Positions 20,706 to 31,081 of a stretch of DNA of 64,000 nucleotides are shown piece by piece. How positions within the stretch are numbered: the stretch's first letter is position 1; every line of letters begins with the position of its first letter. The translations under genes were made by a program, and so were the position numbers. The DNA comes from a virus (lineage: Duplodnaviria > Heunggongvirae > Uroviricota > Caudoviricetes). The notes beneath the pieces were generated by a model. That model did not search any database. It saw only the letters and a list, made by a program, of their open reading frames with translations, and had not been told where the DNA came from. The stretch is taken from IMG/VR virus record IMGVR_UViG_3300008262_003982; one strand, given 5' to 3'.

Positions 20706-21148
20706 TTAGATATCTGAATCTGCCTAAAATTCCAGTTGAGATTTTAGACAGCCTCAATTACAATTTTGATCAATACTCGTTTAAGGCCAACTATCTTAAC
20801 GGTGCTTACAAGTGGTCAGACGATTTTACCCAACAGATAGATACATGGTGCAAGCAAAATATTTGTGACACTATGCATTGGGGATTTCAGTTTATGAACA
20901 ACGATATCATTGCACACAAAGATGTTGGTACTGAAGTAAAATTAACGTATTTGATTGACGCTGGTGGAAGCAATGTTAGGACCAATTTTTTTGAAGATGA
21001 TAAAACTACCATAACACACAGTTTTGTTATTCCAACACATCAATGGCACATATTGCATGCCAGCAGATATCATAGTGTAGAAGGCATAGAATCTGGACAT
21101 ACTAGATTCAGCTTGACTGGAAGAGTTTTTCCGTTACCAATTGAATGA
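20702..21148 (+). CDS. hypothetical protein
   Basis: 148 aa ORF with a GTG start. Confidence 0.45.
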   Translation: MIRYLNLPKIPVEILDSLNYNFDQYSFKANYLNGAYKWSDDFTQQIDTWCKQNICDTMHWGFQFMNNDIIAHKDVGTEVKLTYLIDAGGSNVRTNFFEDDKTTITHSFVIPTHQWHILHASRYHSVEGIESGHTRFSLTGRVFPLPIE

Positions 21149-21549
21149 AAACTATTATGACTGATTTAGAAATTGCATATCAACAAGATATTGCACCCTG
21201 GGACGACCGTGTGACAGAACTGTCAGACTATCACGTGGCTGTGTTTCGTGATCGTTATCCTGTCACACCCGGTCATTTGTTGTTTGTGCCACAGTACAAT
21301 AACGATGCGGTAATCATGGACTGTTTTGAATCAGCCATGCTGCATGGTCGCAGAATGGTTGTCAATGGCGAATGTGATGCATTTAATATCGGCATCAACA
21401 TGGGTCGTGAAGCAGGTCAAACTGTGATGTATCCACATGTGCATTTGATTCCACGCCGAGCAGGTGACTGTGCTGACCCAGTGGGCGGAGTACGTGGGGT
21501 TATTATTGGACAAGCTAACTACAAAACAGGTAGTTACCAAAAACCATAA
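21145..21549 (+). CDS. HIT-like nucleotide hydrolase/transferase
   Basis: YPHVHLIPR is a degenerate histidine-triad motif. 134 aa. Confidence 0.35.
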   Translation: MKTIMTDLEIAYQQDIAPWDDRVTELSDYHVAVFRDRYPVTPGHLLFVPQYNNDAVIMDCFESAMLHGRRMVVNGECDAFNIGINMGREAGQTVMYPHVHLIPRRAGDCADPVGGVRGVIIGQANYKTGSYQKP

Positions 21550-21554
21550 TTAAC

Positions 21555-22211
21555 ATGCAAAAAAAAATTATATACAAAAAAAAGTATATTTCATTGAGCG
21601 TTGTCAATGATATAAAATCATACTATGAAAAAATAAATGATTCATTGTTAGACTCAGCTGGACCTTATCCTAATCCAAAATCTAAACTGGGATGGGCAAG
21701 TTGTTGGGATCGTCAGTTGCACTATGAACTGCCCCGAAGTCCTATTCATAAAATAGTCAACCAGTTAAAAACAGACTTTGGTGAGTTTATCATCCACGAT
21801 TCCAGTATCCGATATTTGTCAGCACCAATTTTGCCACATAGCGACATTAGAGGAGTCGATTGGCTCAAAGAAAATAAAAGCAAAGGTTTCAAAGAAGGTC
21901 TTACTTTTTTAATTCCTTTGTGGTGGAAAGACGGTCATACTCCTGGTACTGCATTTTATAGTTGTCCAGCCAATTTGAATGAACCATTATATACAGATAT
22001 GCCAAACATCTTGCCAGCGTATTCTGACCAATACACTGAAGAAGCAAGAAATTTCAGTGTAAGAAAAATCATAAAATGGGAGTCACCTGGTGATCTAATT
22101 GCGTTTGAAAGTTTCCAATGGCACGGATCGTGCCAATGGGGCGATGTCACATATGATCGAGAAACTTGGTCTAAAGAGTTTCTTTCAATAGAAACCTGGC
22201 GTGAACCTTAA
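21555..22211 (+). CDS. hypothetical protein
   Basis: 218 aa ORF. Confidence 0.45.
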   Translation: MQKKIIYKKKYISLSVVNDIKSYYEKINDSLLDSAGPYPNPKSKLGWASCWDRQLHYELPRSPIHKIVNQLKTDFGEFIIHDSSIRYLSAPILPHSDIRGVDWLKENKSKGFKEGLTFLIPLWWKDGHTPGTAFYSCPANLNEPLYTDMPNILPAYSDQYTEEARNFSVRKIIKWESPGDLIAFESFQWHGSCQWGDVTYDRETWSKEFLSIETWREP

Positions 22212-22267
22212 CCTCTGTTGATATTTAATATAAGTATTTCTCTAAGCGGCCTGTCCGGCATCATCCC

Positions 22268-22296
22268 GCTATACAAACTCTGCTGCCTATGCTATA
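22268..22296 (+). promoter_or_regulatory. promoter TATACA-N17-TATAAT upstream of queD
   Basis: Sequence motif, followed by an AGGAGG SD. Confidence 0.45.
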
Positions 22297-22313
22297 ATAC
22301 ATAGGAGGACAAT

Positions 22314-22781
22314 ATGGCAACAAATCAACCAGTACAATACAAGTACACCAGCACCAAAGAGTATCATGATGCTTTTCCCTGCGCATACCGTCAATGGCGT
22401 GCCGACAGCCACTGCAATCTAATTCACGGTTACTCATTCTCAATGAAGTTCTACTTTGGCACAGACAACCTGGATGTGCGTAACTGGGCCGCTGACTATG
22501 GCGGTCTCAAAGAACTTAAAAAGACATTAGAAGATCAATTTGATCATACCTTGCTGGTGTCTGCAGATGATCCAGAGCTGGCGACATACAAGCTCTTGCA
22601 AGAGAAAAAAATGGCCAAACTCACAATCCTGCCACGCTTAGGGTGTGAAGGCTTGGCAGACATGCTGTACAAGTATGTGAACGGTGTTTACATTCCGGAC
22701 CTGTGGGGACCGGGTGAAGCAGAGCGTCTCTGGTGCTATCGTGTGGAAGTGCGCGAAACACAGAGCGATCTATTCGTTTAA
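22314..22781 (+). CDS. queD: 6-carboxy-5,6,7,8-tetrahydropterin synthase (QueD/PTPS family)
   Basis: CNLIHGY in place of the usual CxxxHGH, and DYGGLKELKKTLEDQFDHTLL matching the PTPS block DFgdLk...lDHk.LN. Confidence 0.7.
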   Translation: MATNQPVQYKYTSTKEYHDAFPCAYRQWRADSHCNLIHGYSFSMKFYFGTDNLDVRNWAADYGGLKELKKTLEDQFDHTLLVSADDPELATYKLLQEKKMAKLTILPRLGCEGLADMLYKYVNGVYIPDLWGPGEAERLWCYRVEVRETQSDLFV

Positions 22782-22798
22782 TATAACAAGGAAAAATC

Positions 22799-23419
22799 AT
22801 GTTAGATCGAATCTTAAGTGGCGTTGACCGTGCATTGGCCTACAAGCTCATGCTGGCACATATCATTATCATTGCTATCAGCAACTACATTGTGCAATTC
22901 AAATTCTCAGTGTTTGGTGCACCATTGGCAGCAGCCGCATTCACATTCCCACTAGTGGTTGTGTTGACCGACTTGACTGTGCGAATGTTAGGCAAACAAA
23001 CTGGTCGTGCGGTGATTGCATTGGCATTCATCCCTGCTATCATTGTGTCAATGGCAGTGGTCAAACTGGGCGGTGCTCCTGACTCAGTTGCTTTCCGCAT
23101 TGGTCTTGGCTCGGGTGTTGCATACTTTGTGAGCAACTTGCTTGATGTGTACGTGTTCCAATACATTCGTGAAAAGTACGCCACTTGGTGGATTGCTCCT
23201 GCATTGAGTTCAATTGTGAGCACATTCTTTGATACCTATGTGTTCTTCTTTACTGCCTTTGCTGGTGGCGCAAATGAGTTCATGGCTGCTAACTGGCACA
23301 TTGTTGCAACCAACAATTCAATCAGTAAGATCATTGTGAGTCTGTTGGTTATTCTGCCTGCGTATGGTTTCTTGTTGAATCACTTGCAGAAAAAGCTGGC
23401 TGCAGACAATCAAGCATAA
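22799..23419 (+). CDS. yhhQ: queuosine precursor (preQ0/preQ1) transporter, YhhQ/DUF165 family
   Basis: Multi-TM protein with the SNYIVQ, TDLTVR and FMAANW blocks conserved in E. coli YhhQ. Confidence 0.8.
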   Translation: MLDRILSGVDRALAYKLMLAHIIIIAISNYIVQFKFSVFGAPLAAAAFTFPLVVVLTDLTVRMLGKQTGRAVIALAFIPAIIVSMAVVKLGGAPDSVAFRIGLGSGVAYFVSNLLDVYVFQYIREKYATWWIAPALSSIVSTFFDTYVFFFTAFAGGANEFMAANWHIVATNNSISKIIVSLLVILPAYGFLLNHLQKKLAADNQA

Positions 23420-23442
23420 TTACATCAAATTGGTAGGAATTT

Positions 23443-24312
23443 ATGGCACAAGAATTTGATATATCTTTACTGTTGGCCACTCGAGGTCGTACAGAAGCGT
23501 TGGGCAAAAGTGTTCGCAGTTTGTTTGAACTGGCTGACAATCCTCATCGTTTGCAAATCATGTTTGGATTTGACAAAGACGATGACAAAGGCAAAACGTA
23601 CTTCCAAACTGAATTGCAGCCTTGGTTAGACTCACACGGTTATCACTATACCGCCATGTTGTTTGACCCATTGGGATATATCAGATTGCATATCTACAAC
23701 AACAAGATGGCTGAGAAAGCCCTGGCTCCTTGGTTTGTTATTTGGAATGATGATGCCATCATGCAAACCCAGGGGTGGGACAGTGAGATTTTGAAATACA
23801 ATGGCAAGTTTAGATTGCTGGCATTCCATACTCACAACGACCACCCCTACTCAATTTTTCCAATAGTTCCACGCAAATGGTATGAACTGTTGGGATACAT
23901 CAGTCCCCATCCCACACAAGATGGGTGGTTGAGTCAACAGGCATACATGCTGGACATTTGGGAAAGAATTCCAGTATGGGTAGAACATGATCGCCACGAC
24001 TTGACTGGCAACAACGGCGATGAAACATTTAAAAATCGTGCCATGCTAGAAGGTCGCCCCGATGATCCGTTGGACTTTCACAGCGTTCAGCAAATGGACC
24101 TGCGACACCGAGACTGTGCAAAATTGGCCACATACATGCGCAGTGAATTAGGTATGGATCTTTCATTCTTTACCAACGTGTTCAACGGCAGTCAAGATCC
24201 CTGGGAAAAACTAGCACAGAATGATGTAAACAGTCAAATGGTTCAATTTGCCAACCCGCATACACATTTTGCAAAAAAAGATACTGATCAAAAACAAGTA
24301 AATAATGCATGA
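23443..24312 (+). CDS. hypothetical protein (possible GT-A-like glycosyltransferase; WNDDA motif)
   Basis: 289 aa ORF with a DxD-like motif. Weak. Confidence 0.35.
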   Translation: MAQEFDISLLLATRGRTEALGKSVRSLFELADNPHRLQIMFGFDKDDDKGKTYFQTELQPWLDSHGYHYTAMLFDPLGYIRLHIYNNKMAEKALAPWFVIWNDDAIMQTQGWDSEILKYNGKFRLLAFHTHNDHPYSIFPIVPRKWYELLGYISPHPTQDGWLSQQAYMLDIWERIPVWVEHDRHDLTGNNGDETFKNRAMLEGRPDDPLDFHSVQQMDLRHRDCAKLATYMRSELGMDLSFFTNVFNGSQDPWEKLAQNDVNSQMVQFANPHTHFAKKDTDQKQVNNA

Positions 24313-26291
24313 AAAGAAAAATTGCCTGGGTACAACCAAACTTCCAACAAGGTCCTAAAGAACTCAATGCCTACTACCTGCCATACTCAGCAGGTGTGAT
24401 TTGGAGTTATGCAGTTGCGGAACCCAGCATACGTGATGCATGGCAAGTGACTGAATGGGTGTGGCGCCGGGACAACATAGAGCCAATTGCACAACGACTG
24501 GCTGAAAATGATGTTGTGACTTTTAGCACTTATGTGTGGAATCACAATTTCAACTATGCATTGGCTCGCAGGCTCAAGGAGATCAATCCTGGCGTGTTGA
24601 CCATATTTGGCGGTCCCGAACCTGCAATCACAGACAAAGATCTGTTTCGCAAAGAACCATTCATGGACATTGTGATTTGCTACGAAGGTGAAATCACATT
24701 TAGAAATCTCATGCTGGCATATGACAGCAAAGACTGGGAGTCAATACCTGGCTTGCTGATCAATCGAGACGGCGAAGCTATAAGCACAGGTGATGCCAAG
24801 CGCATTGAAACTCTTGAAGATATTCCTAGCCCGTATCTGGCAGGTGTATTTGATGACCTAATGGCTGCAAATCCTGACATCATGTGGCAAGGCACACTAG
24901 AAACTTCTCGTGGTTGCCCATTTGCTTGTACGTTTTGTGACTGGGGTAGCTTGACATACAACAAGGTCAAGAAGTTTGGTTTAGAACGTGTGTACCATGA
25001 GTTGGAATGGATGGCTAAGCACAACTTTGATTTCATATCAATTACTGACGCTAACTTTGGCATGTTTGCCGAACGTGACAGTTTGATTGCAGACAAGATT
25101 ATTGAATGTCAAGAAAAGTATGGTTCTCCGAGAACTTTCTCTGTGGCCTGGGCCAAGAATCAAAAGAAAGAAGTTGTGGACATTGTTAAAAAATTGCTGG
25201 ATGCCCGAGGCTTCAATCAAGGTCTAACGCTGAGTGTGCAAAGTCTTGACTTGGATGTATTGGAAAACATTCGTCGCAAAAACATGGAAATGAACAAGCT
25301 CAACGAAGTATTTGAGCTGTGTGAGCAACGTAACATTCCAACCTACACTGAACTTATCTTGGGCCTACCTGGTGAAAGTCTTGAGTCTTGGAAGAAAAAC
25401 TTTTGGACTTTGTTTGAAATGGGCAATCATACTGGTCTCACGGTGTTCCAGGCTCAGTTGTTGGAAAATGCCGAAATGAACCTGTTGCAGAAGAAGTTGT
25501 TTAAGATTACCAATCAAAGTGTAACAGACTATTTTTCTGGATCATACTCCAACGAACACATTGAAGAAGCCATTGACATTATCACTGGCACCAAAGACAT
25601 GCCGTTTGATGTCATGATGGAAGCACATATTTTTTCATGGTTTATCAATACCTTCCACATCAATGGCATCAGCACACTGTTGAGTCGATTGGTGTTCAAG
25701 TATCAGGGTGTGCCCTACAGCGAGTTTTATGCAGACCTGTTTGAATACGTGCAAGGTCATGAATGGATCCACCGCGAACAAGAAGAAGTTCGCGAGTACT
25801 ATCGCAGTTGGATGACCAATGGCCGAATCAATCATCCCAAGATTGGCATTGAAATTCACGGATGGAACCTCATACACAGAACTGTGTTGAACATGCATGT
25901 GGAAAAACAAAATCACAATATCTTTGACATGTTAGAAAAGTTCATGAGTCGTTATGATTTACCGCCTGTGTTGTTGGAGAACATCATGCGATTCCAACGC
26001 AGATACCATGTGGCTTACGATGCTATGAACACTTATCCTGAGGTTTTAGAATTAGACTACAACATCTGGGAATATCTCAGCTTTGATCACAAACTTGTAC
26101 ATGCGCCAAGAGAATATCAACTGGAGTTTCCAGAAGATAAAACTATGAGCTTTCCACGTTTCTTAGAACTATTTTATTTTGCTAGACGTAGAAATTTTGG
26201 AAAAGCCACAGTTGAATGCTTGAACGCTGACACGCAGGTAGACGTTGCCAAACGCGGAGATGCTGGCGCCAGGGCAAAACTAGCAGCCTAA
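24309..26291 (+). CDS. B12-binding-domain radical SAM enzyme
   Basis: 660 aa. CPFACTFC (CxxxCxxC) lies after an N-terminal cobalamin-binding-like domain. Confidence 0.65.
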   Translation: MKRKIAWVQPNFQQGPKELNAYYLPYSAGVIWSYAVAEPSIRDAWQVTEWVWRRDNIEPIAQRLAENDVVTFSTYVWNHNFNYALARRLKEINPGVLTIFGGPEPAITDKDLFRKEPFMDIVICYEGEITFRNLMLAYDSKDWESIPGLLINRDGEAISTGDAKRIETLEDIPSPYLAGVFDDLMAANPDIMWQGTLETSRGCPFACTFCDWGSLTYNKVKKFGLERVYHELEWMAKHNFDFISITDANFGMFAERDSLIADKIIECQEKYGSPRTFSVAWAKNQKKEVVDIVKKLLDARGFNQGLTLSVQSLDLDVLENIRRKNMEMNKLNEVFELCEQRNIPTYTELILGLPGESLESWKKNFWTLFEMGNHTGLTVFQAQLLENAEMNLLQKKLFKITNQSVTDYFSGSYSNEHIEEAIDIITGTKDMPFDVMMEAHIFSWFINTFHINGISTLLSRLVFKYQGVPYSEFYADLFEYVQGHEWIHREQEEVREYYRSWMTNGRINHPKIGIEIHGWNLIHRTVLNMHVEKQNHNIFDMLEKFMSRYDLPPVLLENIMRFQRRYHVAYDAMNTYPEVLELDYNIWEYLSFDHKLVHAPREYQLEFPEDKTMSFPRFLELFYFARRRNFGKATVECLNADTQVDVAKRGDAGARAKLAA

Positions 26292-26293
26292 CA

Positions 26294-27004
26294 ATGCGCC
26301 GACTGTTTACGTTTGGTTGTAGTTTTACAAACTATCGCTGGAGCACCTGGGCAGATTGTCTTGCTCCAGAATTTGATCACTTTGAAAATTGGGGCCAGGC
26401 AGGAGGAGGAAATCAATATATTTTCAATTCAGTCATGGAGGCTGATCAAAGGCATTGTTTTGGTGACGGAGATACTGTTGTTGTATGCTGGACCAGTTTA
26501 GATCGAGAGGATCGATATGTTGACGGTCGATGGCACACACCCGGAAATGCACACTTCGCAACCAATGTGTTTAACAAAGAATACCTTAAAACACACATGG
26601 ATGAAAGAGGATTCCTAATTAGAGATCTGGCATGCATCAAAGCAGTTAAAACTCTACTGGAATCTCGACACAATCTAAAATGGGAATTTTTGAGTATGGT
26701 AGAATTAATGGCCATGCCATTTCCGTCCGACAATGTTAGCAAACACAGAGATGTCATGCGATTGTACGAAAATGTGGTTTTAAGTATCAAACCAGGGTAT
26801 GACAAAACTGTATTTAAAAACACTGGATATCCTAATAGAAACGGTGACCCACATCCCAGCCCCGAAGAACATTTGGCCTATTTAGATGCAGTATTACCGG
26901 GTTGGGTGACAAAACAATCTACTCGTGTTAAAATGCATGATGAAAGTATCAATCTAAATAAGAATCCCCGCAAGTCGGGAATGTCAAAGGTAACAAGGTT
27001 ATAA
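26294..27004 (+). CDS. hypothetical protein (GCSxT motif; paralogue of 28898..29626)
   Basis: FTFGCSFTNY compared with YVNGCSHTAA in the paralogue. Confidence 0.45.
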   Translation: MRRLFTFGCSFTNYRWSTWADCLAPEFDHFENWGQAGGGNQYIFNSVMEADQRHCFGDGDTVVVCWTSLDREDRYVDGRWHTPGNAHFATNVFNKEYLKTHMDERGFLIRDLACIKAVKTLLESRHNLKWEFLSMVELMAMPFPSDNVSKHRDVMRLYENVVLSIKPGYDKTVFKNTGYPNRNGDPHPSPEEHLAYLDAVLPGWVTKQSTRVKMHDESINLNKNPRKSGMSKVTRL

Positions 27005-27007
27005 ACA

Positions 27008-27853
27008 ATGAAATTAAAAGTAAGTGAACTATTTTATTCTGCTCAGGGCGAAGGACGCTATATTGGAGTTCCTTCTATCTTCTTACGAACCTTCGGTTGC
27101 AACTTTACGTGTTCGGGATTTGGATGCCAACCCGGTGATAAGAGCACTGAGGCAGATGACGTCGCAAAGAGCGTTCATCTCTACAAGACTTTTGAAGAGC
27201 TCCCGTTGGTTAATACAGGATGCGATTCGTATGCAAGTTGGCATCCTGACTTTAAACATCTAAGTCCCACATACACAGCACAAGAGTTAGTTGACAAAAT
27301 GGCTGCGCTGTTGCCCAATGGCCACTGGCAACAACCAAACGGCAATTCAGTGCATCTTGTGATCACAGGTGGCGAGCCATTGCTAGGTTGGCAACGTGCA
27401 TATCCTGAACTGTTGAATCTGTTGCACGAACGTGGACTGCGACACATTACATTTGAAACCAATGGTACTCAAGAACTCACAAGAGAATTCAAACAGTATC
27501 TGTCTGAATGGTTTGGCGAGATCACATTCTCAGTAAGTCCTAAACTTAGTGTCAGTGGTGAAAAGTATGAAGATGCTATCAAACCTGACATTATTTGGGA
27601 TTACGAAACTCACGGTGTTACCTATTTGAAGTTTGTTGTTGGTCACATTGATGATTTCAAAGAGCTTGATCTAGTAGTTGACGACTATCGAACCCGTGGA
27701 TTTAGCGGACCAGTTTTTGTGATGCCTGTTGGCGGTGTTGTGAGTGTGTATGATGGCAATAGAATTCACGTTGCCGACGAAGCACTCAAACGAGGTTATT
27801 GGTACAGCCCACGATTGCATGTGGACCTCTGGGGTAATGGATGGGGCAAATAA
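27008..27853 (+). CDS. queE: 7-carboxy-7-deazaguanine synthase (QueE-like radical SAM)
   Basis: N-terminal ELFYSAQGEG...FGCNFTCSGFGC matches the QueE hallmark SxQGEG plus a Cys cluster. Confidence 0.7.
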   Translation: MKLKVSELFYSAQGEGRYIGVPSIFLRTFGCNFTCSGFGCQPGDKSTEADDVAKSVHLYKTFEELPLVNTGCDSYASWHPDFKHLSPTYTAQELVDKMAALLPNGHWQQPNGNSVHLVITGGEPLLGWQRAYPELLNLLHERGLRHITFETNGTQELTREFKQYLSEWFGEITFSVSPKLSVSGEKYEDAIKPDIIWDYETHGVTYLKFVVGHIDDFKELDLVVDDYRTRGFSGPVFVMPVGGVVSVYDGNRIHVADEALKRGYWYSPRLHVDLWGNGWGK

Positions 27854-27854
27854 C

Positions 27855-28037
27855 ATGTCAGAAACTCATACAAGAACATGGATCCGAACTCTAACTTATC
27901 GAATTGCTGCATTGCTGATTACTGCATTGTGGACCGGACTGGGTGATGCAGTTGCAATCCATATTGTGTTAGCATTCTTGCAATACAGTATGGAACGTAT
28001 TTGGTTAAAAATTAAATGGGGTAGGATTGATGTTTGA
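27855..28037 (+). CDS. hypothetical small membrane protein (60 aa)
   Basis: ATG directly after the queE stop. One hydrophobic helix. Confidence 0.35.
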   Translation: MSETHTRTWIRTLTYRIAALLITALWTGLGDAVAIHIVLAFLQYSMERIWLKIKWGRIDV

Positions 28038-28428
28038 TTGGTTTAAAAAATCTCAAAAGAAACCACCACCTGTGGTAGAAAAAGTCACTAAGCCTAGAGT
28101 TGCCGAACCACCAGCTAAAACTGAAAAACAACTTGCTACTGAAAAGGGAGAACCTTACGTGGCTGTGCTCAGTATGGATGTGGATCCTGACAATCTGCAT
28201 CAAGGTGCATTTGAGTTGGATTGGAATGAAATCTTTGTGGCTCGACTGGTAAAGGCTGGCTATATGATGAAACCTACAGACACTGATGGGGACATTGTTG
28301 ACCGTTGGTTTCAAAATGTATGCCGCCATGTTGTGATGGAAACATGGGAACAAGAACAAGCCATCAAGAACTCCGGCATGTATGTTCAAAAGCGAGATCT
28401 TGGCGATGGCAGGAGCGAGGTATCATGA
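28027..28428 (+). CDS. hypothetical protein
   Basis: 133 aa ORF. Confidence 0.45.
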   Translation: MMFDWFKKSQKKPPPVVEKVTKPRVAEPPAKTEKQLATEKGEPYVAVLSMDVDPDNLHQGAFELDWNEIFVARLVKAGYMMKPTDTDGDIVDRWFQNVCRHVVMETWEQEQAIKNSGMYVQKRDLGDGRSEVS

Positions 28429-28901
28429 TATTCAATCACATCAAACAACTCAAAGCAGAAGGCAAAAAAATTGGCATCACTTTCTCAACCTTTGACATGC
28501 TCCACGCAGGCCACATTGCCATGCTTTCTGAAGCAAAAAATCACTGTGACTACCTCATCTGTGGGCTCCAAACGGACCCAACTATCGATAGGCCTGAGAC
28601 TAAGAATCGTCCGATACAAAGTATTGTGGAGAGACAGATACAGCTGGCTGCATGCCGTTACGTTGATGAAGTTGTTGTGTACCAAACCGAACAAGATCTA
28701 CGTGACCTTCTACTAATTCTGCCATTAGATGTTCGAGTACTGGGAGTAGAATACGAACACAAAGACTTTACCGGTCGCGACGAATGCTATGACCGCGGGA
28801 TTGAACTAGTATTCAACGGCCGAGATCACTCATTCTCATCCAGTAGCCTGCGCAAGCGTGTGGTTGCCGCAGAGACCGAAAAAGTACTGCTACAAAAATG
28901 A
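28425..28901 (+). CDS. cytidylyltransferase-like nucleotidyltransferase (TagD/RfaE domain II-like)
   Basis: FSTFDMLHAGH (HxGH motif). ATGA-coupled internal start. Confidence 0.65.
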   Translation: MIFNHIKQLKAEGKKIGITFSTFDMLHAGHIAMLSEAKNHCDYLICGLQTDPTIDRPETKNRPIQSIVERQIQLAACRYVDEVVVYQTEQDLRDLLLILPLDVRVLGVEYEHKDFTGRDECYDRGIELVFNGRDHSFSSSSLRKRVVAAETEKVLLQK

Positions 28902-29626
28902 TCTTGTATGTAAATGGATGCAGCCATACAGCGGCTGCCGAAGCAGTGGTGCCTGATTGCTTTGCTGTGGATGATGGTAGATATGGCATTGACCGTAGAC
29001 CTCATCCAATCAACTTGGAAGCCAGCTGGGGCAAGCAATTGAGCCGAATGCTCAACACTGAATTTTACTGTGATGCTGAGTCAGCAGCCAGCAATGACCG
29101 CATACTGCGTACCACTAACAAGTGGATTCATGAGAACTATAGCCGTTTGTATGACACTGTGATGGTAATCCAATGGACCACTTGGGAACGAGAAGAATGG
29201 GAGTATGAAGGCCGATGCTATCAAGTAAACGCCAGTGGTGTGGACATGGTACCACCAGAGCTTGAAGATAGGTATCGTCAGTACATTTTGGATGTCAACT
29301 GGACTCAAAAAACAGATGAATGGCATAACAAAATATGGCACCTGCATTGTCGGTTGAAAGATCTAAATGTACGACATTTATTCTACAGTGGCAACAGTAC
29401 ATTTAGTGATTTATTTAATCTAAGAGATTGGCAAGGGCATTACATTGAGCCATATTCAAGAGACCACAGTTGGAATGCCATACTAAAAAACAACGGATTT
29501 GAGCATGTGAATCCCAAAAGTTATCACTTTGGAGCCGATGGTCATAGATTTTGGTCGGAATATGTGTTACAATACTTGAAGGAACACAAACTTCTGGACC
29601 GCCCTAATGAAATATCTACTGATTGA
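28898..29626 (+). CDS. hypothetical protein (GCSHT motif paralogue)
   Basis: 242 aa ORF. Confidence 0.45.
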   Translation: MILYVNGCSHTAAAEAVVPDCFAVDDGRYGIDRRPHPINLEASWGKQLSRMLNTEFYCDAESAASNDRILRTTNKWIHENYSRLYDTVMVIQWTTWEREEWEYEGRCYQVNASGVDMVPPELEDRYRQYILDVNWTQKTDEWHNKIWHLHCRLKDLNVRHLFYSGNSTFSDLFNLRDWQGHYIEPYSRDHSWNAILKNNGFEHVNPKSYHFGADGHRFWSEYVLQYLKEHKLLDRPNEISTD

Positions 29627-30641
29627 TACTGCTAACATGTTTTTCCGTGCCCGCCATTCAGCACACAGGGCCAGCGACACATGGACTAAATTAGGCTTTG
29701 CACTGCACTTGACCATGATGAGTGCAAATAAAGTAGCTAGGCGTTTTGGTGTAGACCATGTGGTTTTTGCACTAGAAGGGCGTAGCTGGCGTAAAGATCA
29801 CTACAAGCCCTACAAAGCTAATCGTGCTGTGGCCCGTGGTGCCATGAGTGAAACTGAAGCAGAAGAGGACAAGTTGTTTTGGGAAACCTATGATGAGCTG
29901 ACTAAATACTTGTCTGAGAAAACAAATTGTAGCGTGATTCGTTGCGCAACAGCAGAAGCGGACGATATCATAGGCCGCTGGATTGCACTACACCCCCAAG
30001 ATGAACATATTATTGTCAGCAGTGATTCAGACTTCGTTCAGTTGGTTGCACCAAATGTGCAATTGTACAATGGCATAAACGACCACCTGTTCAGTATTGA
30101 TGGCGTAACTGATGCCAAAGGCAACAAATTGAGTTTCACAATCGAAAGCAATTCAAAGATCAAAGTAGGCAAAGCCGACCGGAGCTTTGTGGCCCCAACT
30201 GACTATCAGAAATGGGTGCTGTTCTTGAAATGTGTGCGCGGTGATCCCGGCGACAATGTGTTCTCAGCATACCCTGGTGCACCAGTAAAAGGCACAAAGA
30301 ATCGTGTAGGCATTACAGAAGCATTTGAAGATCGCAACAAAAAAGGCTACAATTGGAACAATCTCATGTTGCAACGTTGGACCGACCACGAAGAAAAAGA
30401 ACACAAGGTGCTCGAAGACTACGAACGCAATGTCACACTAATTGACCTTACTGCACAACCACAAGAAGTAAAAGATACTGTGGATGCTGTGATTGGTGAA
30501 CAAGTCAGTAACAAAGACATAGGGATGGTGGGCGCACACTTTCTCAAGTTCTGTGGCAAGTATGAGCTTACCAAGCTGAGTGACCAAGCCGAACCAATTG
30601 GTCGCTGGCTGAATCAAACATATCAAGGAGTGTTAAAATGA
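29607..30641 (+). CDS. 5'-3' exonuclease / flap endonuclease (RNase H-like)
   Basis: N-terminal LLIDTANMFFRARHSA resembles the Pol I 5'-exo/FEN block LLIDGnsLayRAf. Acidic clusters follow. Confidence 0.65.
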   Translation: MKYLLIDTANMFFRARHSAHRASDTWTKLGFALHLTMMSANKVARRFGVDHVVFALEGRSWRKDHYKPYKANRAVARGAMSETEAEEDKLFWETYDELTKYLSEKTNCSVIRCATAEADDIIGRWIALHPQDEHIIVSSDSDFVQLVAPNVQLYNGINDHLFSIDGVTDAKGNKLSFTIESNSKIKVGKADRSFVAPTDYQKWVLFLKCVRGDPGDNVFSAYPGAPVKGTKNRVGITEAFEDRNKKGYNWNNLMLQRWTDHEEKEHKVLEDYERNVTLIDLTAQPQEVKDTVDAVIGEQVSNKDIGMVGAHFLKFCGKYELTKLSDQAEPIGRWLNQTYQGVLK

Positions 30642-31081
30642 TAGTAGCAAAACCGGTAATTGACAATCAATACTGGATACTCAAACAAGACGATGAAAAA
30701 ATTGGCAACGTTCAAGCTGTAGATGGTGGGTTTGCTCTTACCATCCGCAACAAGGTTGCTAAATTTAAAACCATTCGAATGTTGCGCCGACAGGCCAACA
30801 TTGAATTTGCTGAACCAGAACATGTCACGCCTATTCCAAAAGATTGTGTGCATGGTTATCCTACAGGTTGCCGAACACACAATGGCATGTGGAATGTGCA
30901 GTTAAAATTGCCGTTGTTTACCAAAACAACCAAAAGCAAATCATGGTTTGCTGCCGGATGGTATTCGATCAAACAACATCGCAGTTGGAAAGTGCTACAG
31001 AATCCCAAACTAATTGTGCTAGAACGTTATACCTATCAAGGACCATTTTACACCGAGGAGCAAGCAAATGCATCCTTATGA
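30638..31081 (+). CDS. hypothetical protein
   Basis: 147 aa ORF. Confidence 0.45.
   Translation: MIVAKPVIDNQYWILKQDDEKIGNVQAVDGGFALTIRNKVAKFKTIRMLRRQANIEFAEPEHVTPIPKDCVHGYPTGCRTHNGMWNVQLKLPLFTKTTKSKSWFAAGWYSIKQHRSWKVLQNPKLIVLERYTYQGPFYTEEQANASL

Noticed and set aside
22212-22313. preQ1 riboswitch upstream of queD
   Set aside because: The leader shows only a promoter and SD. No recognisable preQ1-I/II aptamer stem plus A-rich tail was visible.
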